Notes: generated from the sequence alone by a model not told the origin. DNA of 64,000 bases from a virus (IMGVR_UViG_3300028454_000171:2540-66539), one strand, 5' to 3'. Counted from the first letter of the stretch, positions 9,605 through 20,000 are shown. Program-made: numbers and translations.

Positions 9605-10228
9605 ATGCTTGCAGACAATGCTTTGACTACATTGGAACGGATGAAGCTGATGCTGGGCTTGTCAAACGTCGAGGACGAGAAGATGGATGAAGTCATCACG
9701 CTGCTGATAAACAAAGCCTCAGCGTGGGTGGAACGCCAAGCTGGTCGGCATTTCGGCAAGCAGTCGTACCATCAGTGGTATGACGCAGACGGACAGCAAG
9801 AGCTTGTTCTGATGGAGTACCCAATTATCAGCGTGGATTTCGTAAAAGAGGAAGGTGTTCTGGTTGACCCCAGCCGTTATGACTTTGCGCAGACTGCCAG
9901 CATTGGCGTTATTTACCGCGATGAGGGCTGGCTGAAAGCGGGATGGCGAAAGGGGATAGCCTATGACATCGTTAGGCCGAAGCGGGTCATCGAGGTGAGC
10001 TATACGGCAGGGTATGTCCTGCCGAAAGATGCCACCGAGGATGAGCCGCAGACCCTGCCTGCCGATTTGGAAGGTCTGCTGTGGGATATGGTATCCCAGG
10101 CGTATACGAACTTGCAGAGTGGTGCGCAGGGGCTGTCGGCCTTCTCCATTTCCGATGTGTCGTGGACATTCGACAAAAGCGTTCACGCTGAGTGGCTGCA
10201 ACTCATAAACCTCTACCGGAGGTACTGA
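9605..10228 (+). CDS. Head-tail connector protein
   Basis: LTTLERMKLMLG...VSYTAGY...LPADL pattern; synteny. Confidence 0.8.
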   Translation: MLADNALTTLERMKLMLGLSNVEDEKMDEVITLLINKASAWVERQAGRHFGKQSYHQWYDADGQQELVLMEYPIISVDFVKEEGVLVDPSRYDFAQTASIGVIYRDEGWLKAGWRKGIAYDIVRPKRVIEVSYTAGYVLPKDATEDEPQTLPADLEGLLWDMVSQAYTNLQSGAQGLSAFSISDVSWTFDKSVHAEWLQLINLYRRY

Positions 10229-10229
10229 C

Positions 10230-10664
10230 ATGGAAGACGTAAGTGTAATCCAAGCTGATTTTCAAAGGCTTCTAAAGACCTGCCAAAAGCTGCAAGAAAA
10301 AAGCGTACTGGTAGGAATCGTTGGAACCGCAGATTCCGAAGTGCTGAAAATCGCAGCTATCCATGAATACGGTCTGGGAAAAATGCCGGAACGGTCATTC
10401 ATACGGGCGAGCTTTGATGCCGACCAAGGAAAGCTGACGGAGATTGTGTCAGGGGAATTGACCAAGGTACTGAGGGAGCAGACCACGCCGGGAGCTGCCA
10501 TGCACTCCATCGGTGCGCAAGCGGCTCAACTGGTTCAGAACTATATCGACACGAACCGTGTGAAGCCTCAGTCCGACTTCTCCAAGAAAAGGCAGCACAC
10601 GACTCTGTTCGAGACTGGTACGCACATTCGCGACAGGATTGCATACAAGGTGGTGGATTCCTGA
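10230..10664 (+). CDS. Neck/virion morphogenesis protein
   Basis: AAIHEYG...PERSFIRASF motif; synteny. Confidence 0.7.
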   Translation: MEDVSVIQADFQRLLKTCQKLQEKSVLVGIVGTADSEVLKIAAIHEYGLGKMPERSFIRASFDADQGKLTEIVSGELTKVLREQTTPGAAMHSIGAQAAQLVQNYIDTNRVKPQSDFSKKRQHTTLFETGTHIRDRIAYKVVDS

Positions 10665-11020
10665 TGTTTTACGCAACACCGAGGCTGCCACGAGCCTTGC
10701 TGCACATTCTGACAGTATCGAACAGGACGTTCGTGCGCGATCCGGCAAACGGTGGGCAATCAAGGCCCGTCGATGAGCCGGTCGCTACGTTCTGGGGAAT
10801 TGTGATGCCAGTATCTGACAAGGACTGGAAGCAGTTGCCGGAAGGCTCCTATGAGGAGAATACGCAGAAGCTCTACACTGATGACCCTGTGAACATTCAG
10901 CCTGGACATATTATTCGTGATACCTATGATGGACAGCTTTACACCGTGAAGCAGGAACTGAACCACAACACCATCCACCCGATGCGCAGGTTTCTTGTGG
11001 AAGGGGTGGTCAAAAAATGA
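10664..11020 (+). CDS. Head closure/adaptor protein
   Basis: Synteny; QLPEG...KLYT pattern. Confidence 0.6.
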   Translation: MFYATPRLPRALLHILTVSNRTFVRDPANGGQSRPVDEPVATFWGIVMPVSDKDWKQLPEGSYEENTQKLYTDDPVNIQPGHIIRDTYDGQLYTVKQELNHNTIHPMRRFLVEGVVKK

Positions 11021-11577
11021 GGTTTGTTCAAGCCCGCAACGTGATTGTGGCTCAACTGGAAGCCCATCTTGGCTGTCCTGTAGTTTTGTCAGAACAGATA
11101 GCTGACCAGCCGGTATACCCTTACTGCTATTACAGCGTTCTGGCTCCGCGAATATCGAACCATGCGTTTGGTTTGCGTGAGGTTGTGGAAGACGGGGAAG
11201 GCTACGCGCTTCAGCGCTCAGAGCCAGTATCGGCAACCATGTCCTTCACGGTTTGCAGCATGAATCGTGAGACAGAGGACAGCTATATTTTCGGTGAGGA
11301 TGAGGCGATGGAACTGGCAGAGAAAGTCCACGGATTTTTCCTGCTGAATGCGCACAGCATCCATACCGATGACGGCGACATCGTGGTCTACAACGTAGGG
11401 CCTGTAAGCAACAGAAATGGCTTTCTCGTAGAAGACACGGTACGCCGCTACGGCGTTGACATTCGGTTCAAATACATCCGAACTGATGAAATGCCGACAA
11501 CCATTATTACAAATCCGGGCAACCCCAAGGGAAAACCCGATGATAGGAGGAAAAGCACATGGCATCAAGAGATGTAA
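11017..11577 (+). CDS. Tail terminator/neck protein
   Basis: Position before the sheath gene. Confidence 0.55.
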   Translation: MRFVQARNVIVAQLEAHLGCPVVLSEQIADQPVYPYCYYSVLAPRISNHAFGLREVVEDGEGYALQRSEPVSATMSFTVCSMNRETEDSYIFGEDEAMELAEKVHGFFLLNAHSIHTDDGDIVVYNVGPVSNRNGFLVEDTVRRYGVDIRFKYIRTDEMPTTIITNPGNPKGKPDDRRKSTWHQEM

Positions 11578-13046
11578 TTGTCGTGGTGCAGCGTGATGCG
11601 CTGCCTAAGACAAAAGAAACCCTTGACATCCTGCTTGTGTCTACCACCGGCGCTGTCCCGGTAGCCACTTACAGGGATAAGGATGTCGTCGAAGCTGTGT
11701 TTGGCAAAGGCGGCCCGCACCCCAATGCGAAGATTTTGCGTAAAGCCATCACGCTGTTCAACCAAGGCAAGACGACCTTGGCTGAAACGCTGGTAAGCAA
11801 AATTAAGATTGTAGGGTTCGAGCCGCCCAACAGCACACCTGCTACCGCCGCAAAGTTCACCGCCACGTTCCCTGACGGCAATCTGGAATGGCCGTTGGAA
11901 GCAGGAGTTGGCATCTGGGTGAAGGTTGGCGGTGATGAAAACGCAGTTATTTCCGCAACCACGTCCGCAAAGGTGACGAAGTGGCGGCAGATTCCTGCAT
12001 TGTTCAACGGCACATCCTTCACGAAAGGTGGAAAGACTTACAACCTGCAAGCGGATGGCCTGAATCTGGTGGCAACCGCAACCGAGAAGGGCGAGGCCGA
12101 TACCATCCCCGAATTCGTGACTGTTTATGCAGATGCGGACTTAACGAAGGAATGGCCTTCCGAGCAGGTCTGCATGTTTGTGAATGGTTCGGATGCGTTG
12201 AGTGCACCTGACAACCTTATCAAGACTATCCAGCAGTTCCAGTCCGATGAGGACAACGACTGGTATGTGTTCCTGACTGACCGTGACGAGCCGGAGTATG
12301 TTAAGGCTCTCTCCAAGTTTGCTGAGGCCAGTGAACCGACAGAGGCAGAGCTGGGGGCTGGCGTGGAAGACCATCGCAAATTCTACATCGGACAAACCGA
12401 TGACAAGAATTTCGTATGTGAGACGGCCCGCGCCGCTGTCATCTATGCTGACACAGACCACATGAATGAGGAGCCAGATGCCTCCTACCTTGGCAATGTC
12501 GCGCCGTTCTATCCGTACAGCGTGACTTGGAAGTTCAAGCGTCCGCAGGATGGCAATGCTACCACGAGCGAGGGCATCAAGCTGATTACGCTGCCCAAGC
12601 TGACCGATGGCGAACGTGACCAGCTCCTTGAGAACCACGTCAACTTCTTGACTGAGGAGTACAAACGCCAGTACGTCAAAGAGGGCGTATGCCTCAATGG
12701 TGAGTTCATTGATGTTGTGCTTGGCGGTGACTGGATTGCAAAGCGGATGCGTGATCTGCTCTATGACATCCTGCTCACCAATGCAAACATCAACTATGAT
12801 GATGCTGGTTTCGGCCTCATTGCCACGGCAGTGCTGCAAGCACTGGACGAGGCGGTGGACAACAACATCATTGCAAAGGATGCTGAGAGCGGTGCTGGCA
12901 TTTACACCGTGAACATCCCGAAATATGCGGAAAGCACGGAGGAGCAACGTCGTAATCGCCGTATGCCGGACATCACTTGGGAAGCTCTGCTTGCTGGGGC
13001 AATCCACCAAGTCAAGTCCAAGGGCGCTCTCCGCGCCTCGCTGTAA
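11559..13046 (+). CDS. Tail sheath protein (DUF3383-like)
   Basis: SVTWKFK, GEFIDVVLGGDWI, INYDDAG motifs; followed by tube gene. Confidence 0.85.
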   Translation: MASRDVIVVVQRDALPKTKETLDILLVSTTGAVPVATYRDKDVVEAVFGKGGPHPNAKILRKAITLFNQGKTTLAETLVSKIKIVGFEPPNSTPATAAKFTATFPDGNLEWPLEAGVGIWVKVGGDENAVISATTSAKVTKWRQIPALFNGTSFTKGGKTYNLQADGLNLVATATEKGEADTIPEFVTVYADADLTKEWPSEQVCMFVNGSDALSAPDNLIKTIQQFQSDEDNDWYVFLTDRDEPEYVKALSKFAEASEPTEAELGAGVEDHRKFYIGQTDDKNFVCETARAAVIYADTDHMNEEPDASYLGNVAPFYPYSVTWKFKRPQDGNATTSEGIKLITLPKLTDGERDQLLENHVNFLTEEYKRQYVKEGVCLNGEFIDVVLGGDWIAKRMRDLLYDILLTNANINYDDAGFGLIATAVLQALDEAVDNNIIAKDAESGAGIYTVNIPKYAESTEEQRRNRRMPDITWEALLAGAIHQVKSKGALRASL

Positions 13047-13060
13047 GGGAGGGATGACCA

Positions 13061-13459
13061 ATGTTTTCGACTTATGACCCCACGAAGGTCAATGTGACCT
13101 TTAATAGCAGGCAGCTCCGTATGTTCGGTGACAGCTTGTTCACGCTCGCCCGCGATGAAGCGAACACGTCCTTGAAAAAGGGCGTGAAGGGCGACAGCAC
13201 TTACATCCTCAACGCGAACCGGGCAGGAAAGCTGACTATCACATTGCAGCAGGAATCCCCGGATATTCCGTTCCTTGAGGAATGTGCTGAATCGCACAAG
13301 ATGGCAAACCTTGCCGTGACGGACGCAAACGACCAGAGCGGCATTATCTTTTTTGCCCAGAATTGCGTGGTGGAAAAGACGCCAGACCGTGTGAGGGGCA
13401 AGGATGCACCAGACGTGCAGTTCGTATTCCTCATTCCGGATATCTATATCAGGCATTGA
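13061..13459 (+). CDS. Tail tube protein (DUF3277-like)
   Basis: STYDPTKVNVTF...GKLTITLQQESP. Confidence 0.8.
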   Translation: MFSTYDPTKVNVTFNSRQLRMFGDSLFTLARDEANTSLKKGVKGDSTYILNANRAGKLTITLQQESPDIPFLEECAESHKMANLAVTDANDQSGIIFFAQNCVVEKTPDRVRGKDAPDVQFVFLIPDIYIRH

Positions 13460-13469
13460 GACATTGTGG

Positions 13470-13740
13470 AACAAGCAAGCGAAACAAATGACTTTTAGGC
13501 ATGAAAAAGGAAATTCGAGAACATTTTAGGCGTGAAATTCAAGCCAATGTTCCAACCTGTTTGTGTCAAGGTTTCGGTGTTTGTTCCATGCTTGTTCCAC
13601 CTCTCAACCCTTGATATATCAACACTTTAGACCTATATGGAACATTGAAACATTTAATCTTAATAGAATAGAAAAATAGAGGTAATAGGTAATTTAGGTA
13701 AATGTATTATATGCCTAATATTACCTAATTAGCCTATATC
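13470..13740 (+). repeat. Origin-like non-coding segment, copy 1 (homologous to 43,085-43,370 on the minus strand)
   Basis: Shares exact 33-mer AACATTGAAACATTTAATCTTAATAGAATAGAA (13,641-13,673 vs 43,162-43,194 reverse complement) and paired TTTAGGCRYGAAA repeats. Confidence 0.85.
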
Positions 13741-13773
13741 AATAAACATAATGAAATGAAGGGAGCTTGTATC

Positions 13774-14082
13774 ATGGCACGAACAAAAGTGGTTATCGTG
13801 AACGACATGGAATTTACGCTGCAAAGCGTGACCTTCTCTTGGTACTCGAACTTGACCGACCTTTACATCAATCCCGCAAATGGCCGTCGCAATACGGCAA
13901 AGTATGCAGATGCTCTTATCAAGGGCTGCGTGACTGCTCCTGCGGAAGTAGCGAAGGGCGGCATTAAATATTTCGATGCACAGGAAGACCTCGTTACACC
14001 GGGCGAGCTGGTGAGGGAAATCGAGAACTTTCTTGCAGAGCGAAATCAGCCCAACGGAAGCCCGACAAAGAGCGAGGCGTAA
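13774..14082 (+). CDS. Tail assembly chaperone
   Basis: Position between tube and tape measure; RBS GAAGGGAG. Confidence 0.7.
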   Translation: MARTKVVIVNDMEFTLQSVTFSWYSNLTDLYINPANGRRNTAKYADALIKGCVTAPAEVAKGGIKYFDAQEDLVTPGELVREIENFLAERNQPNGSPTKSEA

Positions 14083-14218
14083 CGAGCGTTTTTGGCGGCT
14101 TGTGTTCTGCATGAATGGCTTGGGCTATGCCGAACTTCGGTCGATGGACTTATATGAGTTCGCCGAAGCAGAACAAGCACGGCTGCTCTGGCAGGACGAA
14201 TGGCATAACAAAAAATGA
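14033..14218 (+). CDS. Possible frameshifted C-terminal extension of the tail chaperone (G-T-like)
   Basis: Overlapping +1-frame ORF without its own RBS, ending just before the TMP. Confidence 0.45.
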   Translation: MQSEISPTEARQRARRNERFWRLVFCMNGLGYAELRSMDLYEFAEAEQARLLWQDEWHNKK

Positions 14219-14237
14219 CCGAAGGGAGGGATGACCT

Positions 14238-17200
14238 GTGGAGGAAGCCCGCAATCTTGTTTATCGGATTCGTGCAGTCGCTGACACGCGGCAAGCACAA
14301 GCTCAAATCCAGAACTTAGTAACTGGTCTGGGCGGCGCTGGTTCGCGCATACGAATCAACACTGACACATCGCAAGCGCGGTCAGATTTGCGAAGGCTGA
14401 CTGGCGATATAGGCAGTGCGGGTGCGAGAGCGGAAACGCTTGGCTCGGCTTTCCGCAGGTCATTCTTGCAAGCTACAGACGGCGGAAGGAGCTTTTCACA
14501 GTCTTTGCGTTCCGGCGTAAGCGGAGCTTTCGACCACGCATCGGAAAGAGCTACCGAATTCGGGATTCGCACCCTCGGCGGCTTGCGGCAAGTCAGCCAA
14601 GGCTTGCGGAATCCGATACAGACCATCAGGAACGGCTTTGGAAATGCTTTGCAGTCTGTCCAGGGACGGTTTACTCGCATGGTACGCGGAGCGGATGACG
14701 CTACTGAGGCCATAAAACGCATGGGCAGCGCCGCCGGGAATGCGCGGGGAAATGTGCATAGCCTTGGTGGGGCTGCGGAGGCATCCGGCTCGAAGTTCAG
14801 TGCTTTGGGCTTGGCGCTCCCCGGTGTCGGGGTTGCGGCGACTGCTGCGGGCGCGGCGATGGTTGGTTTTGCGGCATCGTCTGTCAGCGTTGGCATGGAC
14901 TTCGACAAGGCTATGTCGCAGGTTGCTGCCACGATGGGCAAGTCTGTCAAGGACTTGCAGAGCGAGGTTGGTTCGGTTGACACGACCTTCGGGCATTTCG
15001 AGGGGAATCTGAGGGAATACGCTCAGTTCATGGGCAGCAACACGGCTTTCTCGGCAACCGAGGCTGCCACTGCCCTGAACTATATGGCGTTGGCTGGCTA
15101 CGACACCGAGAAGTCGATGAGTATGCTGCCAACTGTCTTGAATCTTGCGGCGGCGGGCGGCATTGAGCTGGCTGCCGCTTCTGATATGGTGACTGATGCG
15201 GCTTCTGCGCTTGGCTTGAACACTGAGCAGACCGCCATCATGGTAGACCAGATGGCGATGGCATCGTCACGGTCGAACACCAGCGTGGAACAGCTCGGTT
15301 CTGCCATGCTGCAAGTCGGCGGAACAGCAAAAGTCATGGCCGGAGGCACGAAGGAAATCGCTCAAGTGCTCGGCGTGATGGCGGACAACGGCATAAAGGG
15401 CGCTGAGGGCGGAACGCATCTCAGGAATATGCTCTTGAAGCTGTCGAAGCCGACAAAGGACGGGGCTGCGGCCCTTAAGGAACTCGGTGTCGAGGTGTTT
15501 GATGCCGAGGGCAAAATGCGGGCTTTCCCGGACATTTTTCAGGAGATGGGCAGCTCTTTGTCCAAGATGACGGACGCGGATAGGCTGCAAACAATAACTC
15601 AGATTTTCGATTCCTACGATGTCGCGGCTGTGAATGCCTTGCTCGGCACATCGAAAGACCGTTGGAATGAGCTTGACGGGGCTATTGAAAAATCAGCGGG
15701 CGCAGCCGCAAGGATGGCGGCTACGCAGCTTGACAATCTTGACGGCGATGTGACTCTGCTGAAAAGTGCTTTTGAAGGTGTGCAGATTGCTGTGGCTGAC
15801 AGGCTCATGCCTGGGCTTCGAGCAATTACGCAGGTCGGCGGCGCGGCTCTGTCAGGTATCACGGCTGTTTTGAAGAACGAGCAGGATGAGCTTTTTTCCA
15901 AGACCAACATGAACGCCACGGAGCTTGCCAAGGCCATGTTTCAGGTCGGCGGTGCCGCCAATGATTTGGCAGGTCGCGGCGTGGAAGCATCGGTTGCTCT
16001 CGGCATTCTTGCCGATAATGGCCTCAAGGGGGCCGAAGGCGGGGCGAAACTGCGTGACGTGATAGAAAGTATAGCTCAACCGACAGAGGCTGGTTCTGCG
16101 GCATTGCAGAGCCTTGGAGTGGATGTCAAGGATGCCGAAGGGAATATGCGCGGTTTTTCCGAGATTTTTCCGGAACTGAATGAAGCGCTGGCCGGTCTTT
16201 CGGATGACGAGCGCCGAAATGCGATCTCGGCGATATTCAACACCGATGACATTGACGCGGCAAACGCTTTGCTCAGCACGTCCAAGGAGCGCTGGGATGA
16301 ACTCGGACAATCCGCCGGTAGCCAGTCTACGAATATGTCAAATGCGATTGCTACCGTGACTGATATGGCAGGTCAAGGTTTGGAGTTTGCCAAGACGCTT
16401 GCACAGGGCTTCGCAGAGGGTTTGCCGGAAGTTGCGGCGCAGTTGCCGCTGGTGCTGGCGTCTGTGTTTGATTTTCTTGCGGAGAACAGCCCGGCCATGA
16501 TTGAGCAGGGCGGTGAACTGCTTACCATGCTTGGTACGGGCATTATCAACGCGATTCCAGCCCTGTTGTCGAACTTGCCCGCGCTCATCGAGTCCATTGT
16601 CGGGTATATACGAGCCGAGGCTCCTGCCCTCATACAGACAGGTGTGGAGCTTGTTCTGCATCTTGCGGGTGGCATCTTGAATGCTCTGCCGGATGTAGTG
16701 GTTGCGATTGTTCAGATTGGCGGCGCACTGCTTGATGCAGCAATGAACATACCGGGCTTGCTCGTGGATGTCGGCATCGCCATTGTGAAAGGGCTGTGGA
16801 CAGGCATTTCGGAAACAGGTAGTTGGCTTATTGGCCAGTTCACAGGTTTCCTCGGTGGGATTGTGGACAGCGCGAAAGCGTTTCTCGGCATTGCTTCGCC
16901 ATCCAAAGTGTTCGCTGAAATGGGCGATAATATGGCACTCGGCATCGGCGAGGGCTTCGGCGAAACGATTGGCGGCGTGATAGATTTTATCACGAGCCTG
17001 CTCCCGACGGATTTGAGTATGCCTGATTTCAGCTTGCCGGATTTTGGCAGTTTGTTTGGGGATTTGCCGTCGCTGGATGACATCGGCTCTTTTATTGGAG
17101 ACTTGGCTGAGGCCGGGCTGGGATTAGTGCAGACTTTGGCTGACGGTATAGCGGAAGGCTTGCCTATGGTGCTGGAAGTCCTGTTTCCGTTGCCGTATAT

Positions 17201-18119
17201 GGCCTACGAGTTTTTCGCCGGTGAGGCTCCTACATTTATGGGTATGGGGCTTGATACCATGGTGGCAATGGCGCAGGGCGTGGCAGAGGGCATCGGGCAG
17301 GTGCTGAGTGCTGTTGCAGAATTGGCTTCTGGTATTTTAAGCACGCTTGCATCGCTTCCCGGTGAAATGGTTGGTATTGGCACGAACATCGTACAGGGCG
17401 TGTGGCAGGGCATTTCAAGCGCAGGAGGTTGGCTGACCAGTCAAGTCTCCGGCTTTTTCAGCAATATTGTCAGCAACGTCAAGGCAACGCTGGGTATTGC
17501 TTCGCCATCCAAAGTGTTCGCAGAAATCGGCGATAACATGGCGCTTGGTGTTGGAAAGGGCTTCGGTGAAAGCATTGGTGATGTGTCGAAGGGCATTGAA
17601 AAATCCATGCCGAAGGAGCTTGAGATTCCCGCCCTAAAAATGCCGGAAATAGACGGCTTGCCGGAGGAAACATTTAAGGTAATTCCTGACATAATGGATG
17701 TGCTTCTGCCGGATGTGCCAGATGTGGGGTTTGACGTAACGCCAGTTACGGGCGAATTCAAAATGCCGGATTTCAAGGGTATCTTCGGCGGTGTCAAGGA
17801 AATGGCATCGAGCTTGCTGGGTGATTTTGTCGGGCCTGTTATGGGAGACATCTCCGGCCCAGTGATGGATGCTGCCATTCCAGCGATGGACGCGGTTATG
17901 CCTGTCATCGGCAACGACGGGGAAGGCAGTCAGGGTCAGAGGGCTGCCGCTGTTCCATTTGCTCCGAATATCAGCATCACGGTGAATGGTGACGCTTCGG
18001 AGCAGACTGTCGAGGACATGAAGACATCGTTGTATGACACCGTGAAGGAATTGTTCCAAGAGTTCCGTGAAGCAGAGTATGAGCGGATGGCGCTCAAGAA
18101 CCAGTATTCGTTCAGGTAG
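14238..18119 (+). CDS. Tail tape measure protein (TP901-type core) with internal duplications
   Basis: 1293 aa, LNYMALAG/ADNGIKG motifs, duplicated core and duplicated LGIASPSKVFAE segment. Confidence 0.93.
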   Translation: MEEARNLVYRIRAVADTRQAQAQIQNLVTGLGGAGSRIRINTDTSQARSDLRRLTGDIGSAGARAETLGSAFRRSFLQATDGGRSFSQSLRSGVSGAFDHASERATEFGIRTLGGLRQVSQGLRNPIQTIRNGFGNALQSVQGRFTRMVRGADDATEAIKRMGSAAGNARGNVHSLGGAAEASGSKFSALGLALPGVGVAATAAGAAMVGFAASSVSVGMDFDKAMSQVAATMGKSVKDLQSEVGSVDTTFGHFEGNLREYAQFMGSNTAFSATEAATALNYMALAGYDTEKSMSMLPTVLNLAAAGGIELAAASDMVTDAASALGLNTEQTAIMVDQMAMASSRSNTSVEQLGSAMLQVGGTAKVMAGGTKEIAQVLGVMADNGIKGAEGGTHLRNMLLKLSKPTKDGAAALKELGVEVFDAEGKMRAFPDIFQEMGSSLSKMTDADRLQTITQIFDSYDVAAVNALLGTSKDRWNELDGAIEKSAGAAARMAATQLDNLDGDVTLLKSAFEGVQIAVADRLMPGLRAITQVGGAALSGITAVLKNEQDELFSKTNMNATELAKAMFQVGGAANDLAGRGVEASVALGILADNGLKGAEGGAKLRDVIESIAQPTEAGSAALQSLGVDVKDAEGNMRGFSEIFPELNEALAGLSDDERRNAISAIFNTDDIDAANALLSTSKERWDELGQSAGSQSTNMSNAIATVTDMAGQGLEFAKTLAQGFAEGLPEVAAQLPLVLASVFDFLAENSPAMIEQGGELLTMLGTGIINAIPALLSNLPALIESIVGYIRAEAPALIQTGVELVLHLAGGILNALPDVVVAIVQIGGALLDAAMNIPGLLVDVGIAIVKGLWTGISETGSWLIGQFTGFLGGIVDSAKAFLGIASPSKVFAEMGDNMALGIGEGFGETIGGVIDFITSLLPTDLSMPDFSLPDFGSLFGDLPSLDDIGSFIGDLAEAGLGLVQTLADGIAEGLPMVLEVLFPLPYMAYEFFAGEAPTFMGMGLDTMVAMAQGVAEGIGQVLSAVAELASGILSTLASLPGEMVGIGTNIVQGVWQGISSAGGWLTSQVSGFFSNIVSNVKATLGIASPSKVFAEIGDNMALGVGKGFGESIGDVSKGIEKSMPKELEIPALKMPEIDGLPEETFKVIPDIMDVLLPDVPDVGFDVTPVTGEFKMPDFKGIFGGVKEMASSLLGDFVGPVMGDISGPVMDAAIPAMDAVMPVIGNDGEGSQGQRAAAVPFAPNISITVNGDASEQTVEDMKTSLYDTVKELFQEFREAEYERMALKNQYSFR

Positions 18120-18131
18120 GAGGTGGAGAGC

Positions 18132-18725
18132 ATGGCATACGTTTTGGAGGGTCGCAAGGGTGGCACAGTTCGGTTTGAGCCTTATCAGACGGGTATAGTT
18201 GACAGCGAGAGCGAGAGTTACAGCAGCTCGGTGACATCGAACCCGGTTGAGAACGGTGCGGACATGAATGACCATGTGAACAACGCTGCCGGTAAGCTCT
18301 CCATATCTGGTGTGATAATCGGTGGTGACAGCGCGGTTGAGGCACTGAAGGAAATGCGGGAGTCACGGGACATCCTCACTTATACAGGTGTCACGCGGAT
18401 GACGAATCTTGTGTTCACCAGCCTGAATTTCAAGCGGGATTACAAGAACAAAGATGGTGCATCGTTCTCAGCAACGCTTCAGCAGGTGAAAATCACATCT
18501 GCCGAGTATGTGCCGATGGATGGCCAGCAGCCGATGACAAGCCAAGACGCTGGGAAAAGCTCGAATCAGCAGCTTGCCAAGACAGGCAATGCTGGGCTGA
18601 ATATGGTTTCTTCACAGCAGGTAAGTTCGTCTGCCGCAGAGCAATTTTCGGCGGCATACAATTCGTACAGCAGTGCAGCCCCGTTGACGAGACTCACGGG
18701 AGGCTATGACGGGCTGGCATTTTAG
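18132..18725 (+). CDS. Baseplate/tail-tip initiator protein
   Basis: VTSNPVENGADMNDHV motif; follows TMP. Confidence 0.7.
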   Translation: MAYVLEGRKGGTVRFEPYQTGIVDSESESYSSSVTSNPVENGADMNDHVNNAAGKLSISGVIIGGDSAVEALKEMRESRDILTYTGVTRMTNLVFTSLNFKRDYKNKDGASFSATLQQVKITSAEYVPMDGQQPMTSQDAGKSSNQQLAKTGNAGLNMVSSQQVSSSAAEQFSAAYNSYSSAAPLTRLTGGYDGLAF

Positions 18726-18742
18726 ATCTGACAGGAAGGAGG

Positions 18743-19105
18743 ATGGATATGGCCTTGCAGCTCATAGACTTGACCACGGAAGTGGAGTACATAGATGTGG
18801 ATGCGTCGAAGGTTCCATATTCCTTCTCCATCAAGCTGAAAGACAAGACGTTCGTGTTCACCATCAAGTACAACGAGGAAGGCGGTTTTTATACGGTTGA
18901 CCTCTTGGATGTGAATGGGAACGTGCTTGCTTTCGGCGATATTATCCGATACGGACGGCCACTGTTCAATGTTGTGGAGGACGAGCGGTTCCCGATACCT
19001 GTGATTATTCCGTCATGCCTTTCGGGGGATGAGATTTCAGAGGTTACGCCAAAGAATTTTGGAAAGCAGGTCAAGCTGTATCTTCATGACAGGCAGGTGG
19101 AATGA
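18743..19105 (+). CDS. Baseplate protein (hypothetical)
   Basis: Synteny, RBS. Confidence 0.6.
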   Translation: MDMALQLIDLTTEVEYIDVDASKVPYSFSIKLKDKTFVFTIKYNEEGGFYTVDLLDVNGNVLAFGDIIRYGRPLFNVVEDERFPIPVIIPSCLSGDEISEVTPKNFGKQVKLYLHDRQVE

Positions 19106-19106
19106 C

Positions 19107-19988
19107 ATGGAATTCTGGATAAGGCAAGCAATCCTGACCATCGGGAAAAATAAGTATTCTCTCGATAGCCTGGATTTCAAGTTTGAGATACCTTTCGAGG
19201 ACACGGATGAGCCGCCGGTTGCAACGGTCACGGTGACAAACCTTTCGCCGAATACGCGGGCGAATATCCAGAAGGATGACCCCGTGGTTCTGAATGCCGG
19301 ATATGAGGACAACGTAGGCTGCATCCTGATAGGGAAGGTAGTTGGTCTGCGGCATAAGCAGACGAAAGTGGATTGGACAACGACGCTGACTGTTCAGCCC
19401 TGTGCTGACGAAATTTTGGACAAGCTCATCAATAAGACCTACGCAGAGAACAGCATGGCATCTGCCATTGTTCGTGACCTCCTGAACATCTTTGGCATCG
19501 AGGTAGCGAAATGCGAATTGTCGATTGACAAGAGCTATCCGCGAGGCCGTGTATGCCGCGGAGTGTTGCGGCAGGTATTGGCAGAGATTGTGGTGAGCGA
19601 GTGCAAGAGTCGTCTTATTGTAAGAACGACAGGCCAGCTATACATAACGAAGGCTGAGGAAAGCATCGACAACGGACTTACGCTGTCGGCGCAGAATGGC
19701 CTTCTGCGTTCTGATGAGGATAAGGATGTCATTCCATTCGAGACAAAAAAGAACTCGCAGAAGACATCCAAGAAGAAATCGAAGCAAAAAGCTGGTTCAA
19801 CAGAGGAACGAGAGGAAAAGAATATCTCGCGTTCCTGCCTTCTGAATTACAATGTGGCGGCGGCAGAGCTGGTCAGGATAGAATCCCGTGACCTTAACGG
19901 GAAGTTCACGGTGGTAAAGGGCAAGCATGTTGGCGGCAGGACAGGTGATTGGAAGACATCGATGGAGCTGAAGCCGTATACGGGATAA
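19107..19988 (+). CDS. Baseplate hub protein
   Basis: Synteny; ATVTVTNLS, VVLNAGY motifs. Confidence 0.7.
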   Translation: MEFWIRQAILTIGKNKYSLDSLDFKFEIPFEDTDEPPVATVTVTNLSPNTRANIQKDDPVVLNAGYEDNVGCILIGKVVGLRHKQTKVDWTTTLTVQPCADEILDKLINKTYAENSMASAIVRDLLNIFGIEVAKCELSIDKSYPRGRVCRGVLRQVLAEIVVSECKSRLIVRTTGQLYITKAEESIDNGLTLSAQNGLLRSDEDKDVIPFETKKNSQKTSKKKSKQKAGSTEEREEKNISRSCLLNYNVAAAELVRIESRDLNGKFTVVKGKHVGGRTGDWKTSMELKPYTG

Positions 19989-20000
19989 GGTGGTGAGGAA

